From assembly GCA_964291265.2 (NCBI GenBank), contig OZ219747.1, positions 480,001 through 544,000 of the forward strand: a stretch of 64,000 nt of DNA, in the 5' to 3' direction. A program made the translations under genes and the position numbers. Below, piece after piece: positions 1-9,684 of this stretch; position 1 is the first letter of the stretch, and each line of letters begins with the position of its first letter. This DNA comes from Alphaproteobacteria bacterium (GTDB lineage: Bacteria > Pseudomonadota > Alphaproteobacteria > SP197). The notes beneath the pieces are model-generated. The model saw nothing but the letters and a program-made list of their open reading frames with translations. It was not told the origin of the DNA and did no database searches.

Positions 1-439
1 TCGCTCATCGGGGCTCGTGGGCACGCTGCCCGGTCTCATTCTCGCCTACACCACCTTCAATCTTCCCTTCGCCATCTGGATCCTCAAGGGCTTCTTCGAC
101 AATGTGCCCTATGCGATCGAGGAGGCTGCTCAGTGTGACGGTTGCAACCGCTGGCAGGCGTTCGGGCTGATCATTCCTCTGGTGGCGCCGGGCATCGGCG
201 CCTTCATCGTGCTCTGCGTCCTGTTCGGCTGGAACGATTTCCTGTTCGCCTCGATCATCGGATCGGGCGGCGCCAAGACCCTGCCGGTGGCGACCGCCGA
301 ACTGGTGCAGCCGGTCAAGATCCAGTGGGGCATGATCATGGCCGCCGGAGTCGTCACCACAGTGCCGATGATGTTCCTGGGCCTGTTGATCCGGCGCTAC
401 CTGGTGGCCGGGCTGACCATGGGCGCGGTCAGGGAGTAG
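1..439 (+). CDS. Carbohydrate ABC transporter permease (MalG/UgpE-like), 5' truncated by window edge
   Basis: EAA loop IEEAAQCDG, WNDFLFA and a C-terminal GLTMGAVRE typical of CUT1 permeases; lies upstream of an ABC ATPase. Confidence 0.9.
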   Translation, partial: RSSGLVGTLPGLILAYTTFNLPFAIWILKGFFDNVPYAIEEAAQCDGCNRWQAFGLIIPLVAPGIGAFIVLCVLFGWNDFLFASIIGSGGAKTLPVATAELVQPVKIQWGMIMAAGVVTTVPMMFLGLLIRRYLVAGLTMGAVRE

Positions 440-480
440 AAGGCCAGGGGTGTTGTACACATGCCGATCCGGGGGGATTG

Positions 481-1572
481 ATGGCTGCAGTGACGATCGC
501 TGACGTGTGGAAGTACTACGGCAAGACCGTTGCCGTGAAGGAGCTCGATCTCGAGATCCGGGACAACGAGTTCATGTGCATTCTCGGCCCTTCCGGTTGC
601 GGCAAGTCATCGACGCTGCGCATGCTTGCGGGCCTGGAGTTCATCTCCGCCGGAGACATCTTCTTTGACGACGTCCGCGTGAACGACCTGCCGCCGCGGG
701 ACCGCGACATCGCGATGGTGTTCGAGAACTACGCCCTCTATCCTCACAAGACGGTGTTCGAGAACATGGCGAACCCGCTGAAACTGAGGCGCACGCCGTC
801 GGACGAGATCCATCGCCGGGTTCATCGTGCGGCCGAGATCCTCGAGATCACTCCCCTGCTTCAGCGCAAGCCGATGGAGTTGAGCGGCGGGCAGAAACAG
901 CGCACCGCGATAGGCCGCGCGATCGTGCGCGAACCCAAGGTCTTCCTGTTCGACGAGCCGATTGCGCATCTCGACGCGAAGCTGAGATCCCACATGCGCG
1001 GCGAGCTCAAGCACCTTCAGCGCGACCTCGAGACCACGACCATCTATGTCACCCACGACCAGCTCGAGGGGATGTCGATGGCCGACCGGATTGCCGTGAT
1101 GCACGACGGCGTCCTGCAACAGCTCGGCACGCCCTCGGAGATCTACGACAGTCCATGCAACGAATTCGTCGCGGGCTTTGTCGGCGAACCGCCGATGAAC
1201 TTCCTCGACTGCAGCCTGGAACGGACATCGGATGGACTCTGCGTGGTGCACCGGGGGTTCAGGCTTGTCCTTGGCGAGCACCAGGCGGCGAAGCTCGGCT
1301 CAGTCAGCGACGCCGGCGTGCGCATCGGTATCCGTCCCGACAACATCGCCATCGAACCTGGCGATCAGGGCGCGTTCGACATACCGGGTGTCATCTATGT
1401 CGTCGAGCCGCTCGGTGGCGACATGATCGTCGAGGTCACGGTTGGCGGCGACCGGGTGATGGTGAAGAGCAGGATCGGTCCCATGGGGGGCTCCGGGGAG
1501 CCGTGCCGCATCAGCCTCGCTGTGGACAAGCTGCACATCTTCGACAAGGATACGGGAACCGCCTACCTCTAA
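481..1572 (+). CDS. Carbohydrate ABC transporter ATP-binding protein (MalK/UgpC family)
   Basis: Walker A GPSGCGKS, signature LSGGQKQR, FDEP, YVTHDQ, C-terminal TOBE-like region; ATG at 481 after GGGGG. Confidence 0.93.
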   Translation: MAAVTIADVWKYYGKTVAVKELDLEIRDNEFMCILGPSGCGKSSTLRMLAGLEFISAGDIFFDDVRVNDLPPRDRDIAMVFENYALYPHKTVFENMANPLKLRRTPSDEIHRRVHRAAEILEITPLLQRKPMELSGGQKQRTAIGRAIVREPKVFLFDEPIAHLDAKLRSHMRGELKHLQRDLETTTIYVTHDQLEGMSMADRIAVMHDGVLQQLGTPSEIYDSPCNEFVAGFVGEPPMNFLDCSLERTSDGLCVVHRGFRLVLGEHQAAKLGSVSDAGVRIGIRPDNIAIEPGDQGAFDIPGVIYVVEPLGGDMIVEVTVGGDRVMVKSRIGPMGGSGEPCRISLAVDKLHIFDKDTGTAYL

Positions 1573-1615
1573 ACGACAGGCACCGCATTTCAGGATACGA
1601 CAGGGGAGTCGAATA

Positions 1616-2584
1616 ATGCAGATGAGCAGGGACAGTTTGTTGGCGGCCTACCGCACCATGACCATGATTCGGGCGTTCGAGGAACGCCTTCACGTGGAGT
1701 TCGCGACGGGCGCCATTCCGGGTTTCGTTCATCTCTATGCCGGTGAGGAGGCAAGCGGTGTCGGCGTGTGCATGCATCTCGACGACCGCGACCGCATCGC
1801 CAGCACCCATCGCGGGCACGGGCACTGCATTGCCAAGGGCTGTGACGTGGATGGCATGATGGCGGAGATCTTCGGGCGCCGGGAGGGCCTGTGCGCCGGC
1901 AAAGGAGGCTCCATGCACATCGCCGACCTCGACAAGGGCATGATGGGCGCGAACGGCATCGTCGGCGGTGGCCCGCCGCTTGTCTGCGGCGCGGGGCTGG
2001 CGGCCAAGCAGCTCGGCACGGGCGGCGTCGCTGTCGCCTTTGTCGGCGATGGCGGTTCCAACCAAGGGACGACGTTCGAGAGTCTCAATCTGGCTTCGAT
2101 CTGGAACCTGCCCTGCGTTTTCGTCGTCGAGAACAACGGCTATGCGGAATCGACGTCATCGAAGTGGTCGATTGCCTGCGAGGACGCAGCCGACCGCGCT
2201 GCCGGCTTCAACATGCCGGGCGTGGTGATCGACGGGCATGACTTCTTCGCCGTTCACGAAGCTGCCGGCGAGGCGATCGAACGGGCGCGCAAGGGTGACG
2301 GACCGAGCCTGCTGGAGTGCAAGCTCAATCGCTACTACGGACATTTCGAGGGTGACGCGCAGACGTACCGCGGCCCGGACGAGGTCAAGAGACTGCGCGA
2401 AACGCGGGACTGTCTGCAGCTCTTCAAGGACAGGGTGAATGCCGCGGGACTGCTTGAGCGCGAGGCGCTCGAGGCGCTCGAGGAAGAAGCAAGAACCGCG
2501 GTCGACGGGGCAGTGACGAAGGCCAAGGCAGCGCCCTCGCCAACAGTCGCTGATCTCCTGACCGATGTCTATGTGTCGTACTGA
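1616..2584 (+). CDS. acoA: TPP-dependent acetoin dehydrogenase E1 alpha
   Basis: GFVHLYAGEEA, STHRGHGH, GKGGSMH, TPP motif GDGGSNQG...NN, RYYGHFEGD. Confidence 0.9.
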   Translation: MQMSRDSLLAAYRTMTMIRAFEERLHVEFATGAIPGFVHLYAGEEASGVGVCMHLDDRDRIASTHRGHGHCIAKGCDVDGMMAEIFGRREGLCAGKGGSMHIADLDKGMMGANGIVGGGPPLVCGAGLAAKQLGTGGVAVAFVGDGGSNQGTTFESLNLASIWNLPCVFVVENNGYAESTSSKWSIACEDAADRAAGFNMPGVVIDGHDFFAVHEAAGEAIERARKGDGPSLLECKLNRYYGHFEGDAQTYRGPDEVKRLRETRDCLQLFKDRVNAAGLLEREALEALEEEARTAVDGAVTKAKAAPSPTVADLLTDVYVSY

Positions 2585-2601
2585 TCAGGGGAGTTCGCAA
2601 G

Positions 2602-3612
2602 ATGGCACGCAAAGCAACGTATCAGCAGGCAATCAATGAGGCCCTCGCCCAGGAGATGGAACGTGACGAGACGGTCATCGTCATGGGCGAGGATGTCGCC
2701 GGCGGCGCCGGCACGGATGGCGAGCGCGATGCCTGGGGAGGACCACTCGGCATCACCAAGGGGCTCTACGCCAGGTTCGGCGAACGCGTCATGGACACGC
2801 CGATCAGCGAGTCGGCCTTCATCGGGGCGGCCGTCGGCGCCGCGACCGCGGGGTTGCGTCCGGTGGCCGAGCTCATGTTCATCGACTTCATGGGAGTCTG
2901 CTTCGACCAGATATTCAATCAGGCCGCCAAGTTCCGTTACATGTTTGGCGGCAAGGCGCAAACGCCGGTGGTCATCCGCACCATGTATGGCGCGGGCCTG
3001 CGGGCGGCCGCTCAGCATTCGCAGTGCCTCTACCCGGTCTTCACGCACATACCCGGGCTGAAGGTCGTGACCCCGTCCACTCCCTATGATGCCAAGGGCC
3101 TTCTGATCCAGGCGATCCGCGACAACGATCCGGTGATCTTCTGCGAGCACAAGGCGCTCTACACACTGGAAGGCGATGTTCCCGAAGAACCCTATGCGCT
3201 TCCCTTCGGTGAAGCCGGTATCGTTCGCGAAGGCGGCGACGTCACCATCGTGACTCTCGGGCGCATGGTTCACGTGGCGGTCGAAGCGGCTGGCGCGCTG
3301 GCGAAGGACGGTATCGAGTGCGAGATTGTCGACCTGCGCACGACCTCGCCGCTCGACGAGGACAGCGTCATCGAATCAGTCGAGAACACGGGCCGTCTCG
3401 TGGTCCTCGACGAGGCAACTCCTCGCTGCAACATGGCCACCGACATTGCGGCCCTGGTGAGCGAGCAGGCTTTCGGCGCCCTCAAGGGACCGATCAGGAG
3501 GGTGACGGCGCCACATACGCCGGTGCCCTTTGCCAGCACCCTGGAAGACCTCTACATCCCTGATTCCGCAGCGGTGCAGAAGGCTGTGAAAGCAGCCGTG
3601 GGTGCCTCCTGA
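2602..3612 (+). CDS. acoB: Acetoin dehydrogenase E1 beta
   Basis: MGEDVAGG, DTPISESAF, DQIFNQAAK, AAQHSQ; follows acoA. Confidence 0.9.
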   Translation: MARKATYQQAINEALAQEMERDETVIVMGEDVAGGAGTDGERDAWGGPLGITKGLYARFGERVMDTPISESAFIGAAVGAATAGLRPVAELMFIDFMGVCFDQIFNQAAKFRYMFGGKAQTPVVIRTMYGAGLRAAAQHSQCLYPVFTHIPGLKVVTPSTPYDAKGLLIQAIRDNDPVIFCEHKALYTLEGDVPEEPYALPFGEAGIVREGGDVTIVTLGRMVHVAVEAAGALAKDGIECEIVDLRTTSPLDEDSVIESVENTGRLVVLDEATPRCNMATDIAALVSEQAFGALKGPIRRVTAPHTPVPFASTLEDLYIPDSAAVQKAVKAAVGAS

Positions 3613-4727
3613 TGAGTGAAGGCATACGCTCCATCTGCATGCCCAAGTGGGGCCTTTCCATGAAGGAGGGGAAAGTGGCGGCATGGCTCGTGGAAGAAGG
3701 CCATGCCGTCGCGCCCGGCGACGAGGTCATCGACATCGAGACCGAGAAGATCGCCAGTGCGGTGGAGGCGGTCGACGGCGGCCTATTGCGGCGCCGCGTG
3801 GCGGACGTGGGCGAAGTCCTGCCGGTCGGCGCCCTTCTCGGGATCGTTGCCGACGACAGTGTCGACGATACCGACATTGAGTCCTTCGTCGCCGACTTTC
3901 AGGCGAACTTCGTGCCGCCCGATGATGACGACGAAGAAGAAAGCGGTCCGGCAACCGAGACCGTGGAGGTGGCGGGGCGCACGATCCGCTACCTGACGAG
4001 GGGTGACGGCGGCACACCGGTCATCCTCGTTCATGGATTTGGCGGCGATCTCCACAACTGGCTCTTCAATCATGAGGCGCTTGCCGGGTCGCGCACGGTT
4101 CATGCTCTCGACCTGCCGGGTCATGGCAGTTCCAGCAAGGAGGTCGGCGACGGCTCGATCGGTTTCCTTGCCGACATCGTCCTCGGCTTCGCCGATGCCC
4201 TCGGAATCGACAGGGCACATCTTGTCGGCCACTCGATGGGCGGCGCCGTTTCGCTTGCCTGCGCACGGTCGGCGCCGCAGCGTGTGGCATCGCTTACCCT
4301 GATCGCAAGCGCCGGTCTCGGCAGGGAGATCGACGGGGACTACCTCGACGGCTTCATCTCCGCCGAACGCCGCAGGGACCTCAAGCCTCATGTCGAAAAG
4401 CTGTTCAGTGATCCAGCGCTCGTGACGAGGCAGATCGTCGACGATCTGCTTGCCTTCAAGCGGATCGACGGCGTGACCGCGGCGCTCGGCACGATCAGGG
4501 ACGCCCTTGCGCCGGGTGGCGAGCAGGCCGAGATCATGCGCGAGGTGGCAGGCAGCGTGCCGACTCTCGTCATCTGGGGGTCCGAGGACCGGATCATTCC
4601 CGCATCCCACGCGCATGGCCTGGCGAACGGCGTGTCCTCGACAGTGCTCGACGGTCAGGGTCACATGGTGCAGATGGAAGCTGCAACCGACGTCAACCGT
4701 CTGGTCGCGGACCACGTGGGCGCCTGA
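3612..4727 (+). CDS. acoC: Acetoin dehydrogenase E2 (lipoyl domain plus alpha/beta-hydrolase fold)
   Basis: MPKWGLSM...IETEKI lipoyl-Lys, HGFGG, nucleophile GHSMGG, GHMVQME; TGATG coupling to acoB. Confidence 0.9.
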   Translation: MSEGIRSICMPKWGLSMKEGKVAAWLVEEGHAVAPGDEVIDIETEKIASAVEAVDGGLLRRRVADVGEVLPVGALLGIVADDSVDDTDIESFVADFQANFVPPDDDDEEESGPATETVEVAGRTIRYLTRGDGGTPVILVHGFGGDLHNWLFNHEALAGSRTVHALDLPGHGSSSKEVGDGSIGFLADIVLGFADALGIDRAHLVGHSMGGAVSLACARSAPQRVASLTLIASAGLGREIDGDYLDGFISAERRRDLKPHVEKLFSDPALVTRQIVDDLLAFKRIDGVTAALGTIRDALAPGGEQAEIMREVAGSVPTLVIWGSEDRIIPASHAHGLANGVSSTVLDGQGHMVQMEAATDVNRLVADHVGA

Positions 4728-4943
4728 CGCCGGGACAGGCGTATTCCGCACGACGCTGCGGCGCCGGGACCTCTCACCGGCTTAGCACCGGAACACGGTT
4801 GCGCGAGATCGGTTCGTTCGACGACATCGGCCACGCCGGGGCCTTGAGGTTTCGCACGGGGACTGTTCAGGAGGGCGGTCATAAAGGGGTTCGACGATCT
4901 TGCCCGCTGCATTGCGTTGCCGGAGTCGTCCTGCTCGTTCTCC

Positions 4944-6719
4944 GTCGGGTAGGCCACTGGCGCGCGCATCCGTAGGCAGAGGCTTTGTCCGTCACCGCTC
5001 TTTCGATTGCGGGCGGGGTCGCAGTTCTCCCATAGACCACGTTTCCAGCAGTCGGGTAGGCCGCTGGCGCGCGCATCCGTAGGCAGAGGCTTTGTCCGGC
5101 ACCGCTCTTTCGATTGCGGGCGGGGTCGCAGAACTACCATAGACCACGTTTCCAGCAGCCTCCCTAAAATTCCGTACGTCCGGTTTTCCCGGGTACGGCT
5201 TCAAGCATCAGGCACCCACTTGGAGTTCGGTGCGGAGCCTTCCGCCGAACACGCCATGGTCAAGGCTGACCCGACCATACCCACGGCATCTCCGAGCGTT
5301 TGCTCCGTCCTTCGACCTTGCAGTCTGTCGGTCGGTGCCGGTCTCTGAGTACCGACTTGACCTGCCGCATAAGCCACCTGAGCCCTGAGGTCCTCGCTCA
5401 GGACGGGTTGTGTTGTCCCGCCCGTCAACGCTTACTCGACCTCATCCGCCAGTCAGGAGGACTCCGCGTCCTTTCCCAGTCCTGGTTATAGACGCGGTCC
5501 TTGACATTCAAGGGTCACTTCATCCTGTCTGTCCTCCTCACCTTCCGGCCTTTCACTGCTGTACTGTCCCGGATTGCCGTCGTCTCTACCACGGGGAACC
5601 CGATGCGTGCTCCCCAGTTCTTCCGCATCGACTCTGGCCACCAAGCTGGGGGCAGGCCCTTGGCGTTCCCAACACCCCACAAGTCAGCTTCATGTGGGAA
5701 ATTTCATTTTCGAGGCTTCGTACAATCGTTCGCTTTCGCTACGGCCCTCCGGTTCGCTCGCCGCCCTGGCTGACCAGACCAACTGGACACTGCGTTCCAG
5801 CCAGCCCACAGCGGCTTCTACATCCCAGCTCGCTGGCCCAGGGTCACCCCTGTACCAGTGGGATATGCTACGGCGCCAAACTGGGAATTGCGCCGGCGGG
5901 ACTTTCACCCGCAAGTACAGCAGCTAGACTCGCTGCACGCCCCCCTAAAATTCCGTACGTCCGGTTTTCCCGGGTACGGCTTCAAGCATCAGGCACCCAC
6001 TTGGAGTTCGGTGCGGAGCCTTCCGCCGGACACGCCATGGTCAAAGCTGACCCATCCATACCCACGGCATCTCCTTGCGTTTGCTCCGTCCTTCGACCTT
6101 GCAGTCTGTCGGTCGGTGCCGGTCTCTGAGTACCGACTTGACCTGCCGCATAGGCCACCTGAGCCCTGAGGTCCTCGCTCGGGACGGGTTGTGTTGTCCC
6201 GCCCGTCAACGCTTACTCGACCTCATCCGCCAGTCAGGAGGACTCCGCGTCCTTTCCCAATCCTGGTTATAGACGCGGTCCTTGACATTCAAGGGTCACT
6301 TCATCCTGTCTGTCCTCCTCACCTTCCGGCCTTTCACTGCTGTACTGTCCCGGATTGCCGCCGTCTGTACCCTGGGGAACCCGATGCGTGCTCATCAGTT
6401 CTTCCGCATCGACTCTGGCCATCGGGCCGGATCCACGCCCTTGGCATTCCCGACCACCCCACAAATCAGCTTCGTGTGGGAGCATCATTTCGTGGCTTCA
6501 TCCAATCGTTCGCTTTCGCTACGGCCCTCCGGTTTGCTCGCCGCCCTGGCTGACCGAACCGGTTGGGCACTGTGTCCCAGCCAGCCCACAACGGCTTTCT
6601 ACGTCCCAGCTCGCTGGTCCAAGGTCGCCCCTGAACCAGTGGGATATGCTACGGCGCCAAACTGACAATTGCGCCGGCGGGACTTTCACCCGCAAGTACA
6701 GCAGCTAGACTCGCTGCAC
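4944..6719 (-). mobile_element. Outer ORF-less group II intron (888 nt: 6719-5939 plus 5050-4944), interrupted by a nested intron
   Basis: Minus strand begins GTGCAGCG; domain V GAAGCCGTACCCGGGAAAACCGGACGTACGGAATTT with AGC triad; domain VI with bulged A (4950); ends CCTACCCGAC; EBS1 (6429-6434) and EBS2 (6481-6486) match exon AGCATC-G-GGATCC. Confidence 0.88.
5051..5938 (-). mobile_element. Inner ORF-less group II intron (888 nt) inserted in domain VI of the outer intron
   Basis: Same GTGCAGCG start, DV, DVI with bulged A (5057) and CCTACCCGAC end; no target duplication; EBS1 GCCCCC (5648-5653) pairs with flanking GGGGGC. Confidence 0.9.
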
Positions 6720-7084
6720 GGATCCCGATGCTTGGCTGTCCGAGGAATTCGCCGCTCTCATCTTCGAAGGCTCGTGGCGCATGGGGTGTGACGGTAGAAC
6801 TCCGAACGGAGTCGGGATCGGGCGAAGTCGCCCTGCACACCCCATCGCCTGATACGTCGGCGTCACAAGGGAATGGAGCCGTCGCGGCGATTGATCGAGA
6901 CCACCGGTCCGCGATCTTCGAGCGCGTTCCGCGTTGTCGGCCGATCACAGAGGTAACAGAACGCGTCGTGGAGTGCAGAATCTTGGACTGTGGCCATCCT
7001 CGTTCTTCCGCAACCGGAACGTTGCGGCGTGGACATCCGTCATACAATCGGTCTACATTGTGGCCCAATCAGGAGGATCGACCC

Positions 7085-7342
7085 GTGCGCACCGTCGTTC
7101 GGGCCCGCATCGACGAAAGCACCAAGCGGGAAGCCGCCGCCGTACTCGACGCGATCGGCCTCACCGTGTCCGATGCCTTCCGCCTGATGATGGTGCGGAT
7201 CGCGGCCGAGAAACGCCTGCCCTTCGAGCCCCTGGTGCCGAACGCGGAGACTATCGCGGCCATGGAGGCCGCGCGGCGGGGCGACTTGGTCACGGTCGGC
7301 GATGTCGACGGCCTGATGGCCGACCTCCATGCGGACGATTAG
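7085..7342 (+). CDS. dinJ: RelB/DinJ family antitoxin
   Basis: VVRARID...AAAVLDAIGLTVSDAFRL...LPFEPLVPNAETIAAM; AGGAGG RBS at 7071-7076, GTG start. Confidence 0.85.
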   Translation: MRTVVRARIDESTKREAAAVLDAIGLTVSDAFRLMMVRIAAEKRLPFEPLVPNAETIAAMEAARRGDLVTVGDVDGLMADLHADD

Positions 7343-7343
7343 A

Positions 7344-7728
7344 CCGAAGTTCCGGACGATTTCAGCGGTATAACCACACCAAGTAGTTGATCTTGCTGAT
7401 AAAATGGCACAGAGACAGCACGCAAGTGTTCCCATGTAACGGTGAAGAACTCTTGTGACACATAAGGCCTTTTCCCCATATACGTTGCCATGTACGGGGA
7501 CATAGCCCCCAACCGCATGAGGCCCTCGCCAACAATCTCTCCTCCTGGCCCATGGAGAAGGTCGAAACCCTGCGGCCCTTCCAGGTCACCATGCGACCCA
7601 CGACGCTCCGGAAAAAGGCCCTGAACCACCTCGACGTACGCCTGTAGCGTTCCCAGTAACGTCACACCCGATTATCTCAAACATCAATACATTCATAATG
7701 ATACGTCTGATCGGTGCTGGAACTTCGG
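7344..7728 (+). mobile_element. 385-bp non-autonomous (MITE-like) internal-deletion derivative of the adjacent IS1634
   Basis: Ends CCGAAGTTCC...GGAACTTCGG identical to the IS; retains degenerate 5' and 3' ends of the transposase gene; flanked by ATTAGA. Confidence 0.9.
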
Positions 7729-7734
7729 ATTAGA

Positions 7735-9684
7735 CCGAAGTTCCGGACGATTTCAGCGGCAGAGTCACGATAACCGGTTGATTGTGTTGGCAAAATAGCG
7801 CGATGACGGCGCGAGAATGTTCCCATGTAACGGCGAAGTTTTCCCTTGACACGGTGGGCTTACGCCCCCATATACGTTGCCATGTACGTAGACATCGTCC
7901 CCAACCGTAACTCACCCCCCGCCGTCCTCCTGCGAGAGGGATGGCGCGAGAACGGCAAGGTCAAGAAGCGCACCATCGCCAATCTCTCCTCCTGGCCCAT
8001 GGAAAAGGTCGAGACCCTGCGGCGGTTCTTGAAGAACGAACCCCTCGTCGGTCGTGACGACGCCTTCGACATCGTCCGCTCCCTACCCCATGGGCATGTC
8101 GCCGCAGTGCTGGGAACCCTGAAGAAGCTGGGACTGGACAGGCTGATCGACCCGAAGCCCTCGCCTGAGCGCGATCAGGTCCTGGCCATGATCGTGGCAC
8201 GCATCCTCGAGCCCGCCTCGAAGCTGGCCACGGCCAGGGGGCTGGCCGAGGCCACGGCGGTCAGCACCCTGGGCGAGGTCCTCGATGCGGAGATGGACGA
8301 GGACGCCCTCTACGGCGCCATGGACTGGCTCCTGGAGCGTCAGGAGAGGATCGAGCGGTCCCTGGCGAAGCGGCACCTCGAAGAGGGCTGCCTGGTGCTC
8401 TATGACCTGACCTCGGTATGGATGGAGGGGAGAGCGTGTCCCCTGGCAAGGAGGGGTCATTCCCGGGATGGCAAGAAGGGCAAGCTGCAGATCGAGTTCG
8501 GCCTTCTGTGCGATCGGGACGGCTGTCCAGTGTCGGTGGAAGTGTTCCCCGGCAACACGGCGGACCCCGGGACGGTGGCATCACAGATCACCACGCTGCA
8601 GGAGCGCTTCTCCCTGGCGAAGGTGGTGCTGGTGGGAGACCGGGGGATGCTGACCGAGGCGCGCATACGCGAGGAGGTGAAGCCTGCGGGCCTGGACTGG
8701 ATCAGCGCCTTGAGGGGACCGGCCATCCGCGCCCTTGTGGAGGCCGGCGACGTCGAGATGTCGCTCTTCGACGAGAGGGACCTGGTGGAGATCACCAGCG
8801 ATGCGTATCCCGGCGAACGCCTCATGGTCTGCCGCAACCCCCTGCTGGCCGAGGACCGGGCCCGCAAGCGCCAGGAACTGCTCGAGGCCACCGAGGCCCT
8901 GCTTGAACCGATCGCCGCAGCGACACGGCGCGACAAGCGCCGTCTCAAGGGTGCCGACAAGATCGGGGAGCGGGTCGGCAAGGTCATCGGTAAATACAAG
9001 ATGGCGAAGCACTTCACGTGGTCCATCGACGACGAGGGTGTCTTCACCTATGGGCGCGATGAGGTTGCCATCGCCGCCGAGGCCAGGCTCGACGGCCTCT
9101 ACGTGATCCGCACCAGCCTGCCGCAGAGCGAGCTCGACGGTCCCGGCACAGTGCGCGCCTACAAGCGGTTGAGTTCGGTGGAACGGGCCTTCCGCAGCCT
9201 GAAGACCGTGGATCTGAAGGTCCGTCCCGTCTACCACCGCACCGAACCCCGGGTCCGCGCCCATGTCTTCCTGTGCATGCTCGCCTACTACGTGGAATGG
9301 CACATGCGCCAGAAACTGAAGCCCATGCTGTTCGACGACGAGGATGCCGAAGGCGCCGAGGCCCGGCGGCCGTCCGTCGTGGCGCCGGCAGAAGTCTCGG
9401 CGAGCGCCCGGGCCAAGGCGGCAACGAAGAGGACGCCCGGGGGTGATCCGGTGCACAGTTTCCGCACCCTCCTCGATGATCTCGCGACCATCACCCGCAA
9501 CACCGTGGCGCCCCGCCTTGCGGGCGCCAAACCCTTCCAGGTCACCACGCGGCCCACGCCGCTCCGGAAAAAGGCCCTGGACTACCTCGGCATACGCCTG
9601 CAGCATTCCCAGTAGCGACACACCCGATTTTTTCAAACGTCAATACATTCATAACGATACGTCTGATCGGTTCTGGAACTTCGG
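7735..9684 (+). mobile_element. IS1634-family insertion sequence (1950 bp)
   Basis: Terminal IRs CCGAAGTTCC/GGAACTTCGG, 6-bp ATTAGA repeats at 7729-7734 and 9685-9690. Confidence 0.9.
7882..9615 (+). CDS. IS1634-family DDE transposase
   Basis: MYVDIVPNRNSPPAVLLRE, LYDLTS, GHSRDGK, VGDRGM, VERAFRSLK, HVFLCMLAY. Confidence 0.93.
   Translation: MYVDIVPNRNSPPAVLLREGWRENGKVKKRTIANLSSWPMEKVETLRRFLKNEPLVGRDDAFDIVRSLPHGHVAAVLGTLKKLGLDRLIDPKPSPERDQVLAMIVARILEPASKLATARGLAEATAVSTLGEVLDAEMDEDALYGAMDWLLERQERIERSLAKRHLEEGCLVLYDLTSVWMEGRACPLARRGHSRDGKKGKLQIEFGLLCDRDGCPVSVEVFPGNTADPGTVASQITTLQERFSLAKVVLVGDRGMLTEARIREEVKPAGLDWISALRGPAIRALVEAGDVEMSLFDERDLVEITSDAYPGERLMVCRNPLLAEDRARKRQELLEATEALLEPIAAATRRDKRRLKGADKIGERVGKVIGKYKMAKHFTWSIDDEGVFTYGRDEVAIAAEARLDGLYVIRTSLPQSELDGPGTVRAYKRLSSVERAFRSLKTVDLKVRPVYHRTEPRVRAHVFLCMLAYYVEWHMRQKLKPMLFDDEDAEGAEARRPSVVAPAEVSASARAKAATKRTPGGDPVHSFRTLLDDLATITRNTVAPRLAGAKPFQVTTRPTPLRKKALDYLGIRLQHSQ

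Noticed and set aside
142-480. Long N-terminal extensions in the ORF track (also 6728, 12705, 38097, 38801, 53166)
   Set aside because: They overlap upstream genes or non-coding DNA; RBS and family motifs support the later starts
4944-6719. CRISPR array or simple tandem duplication
   Set aside because: Units are ~107 and ~781 bp with no spacers or cas genes; nested group II introns explain the junctions exactly
4879-7068. A host gene restored by splicing, and the short ORFs inside the introns
   Set aside because: The frames I checked across the ligated exons give no recognisable protein; internal ORFs lack RT motifs such as YADD
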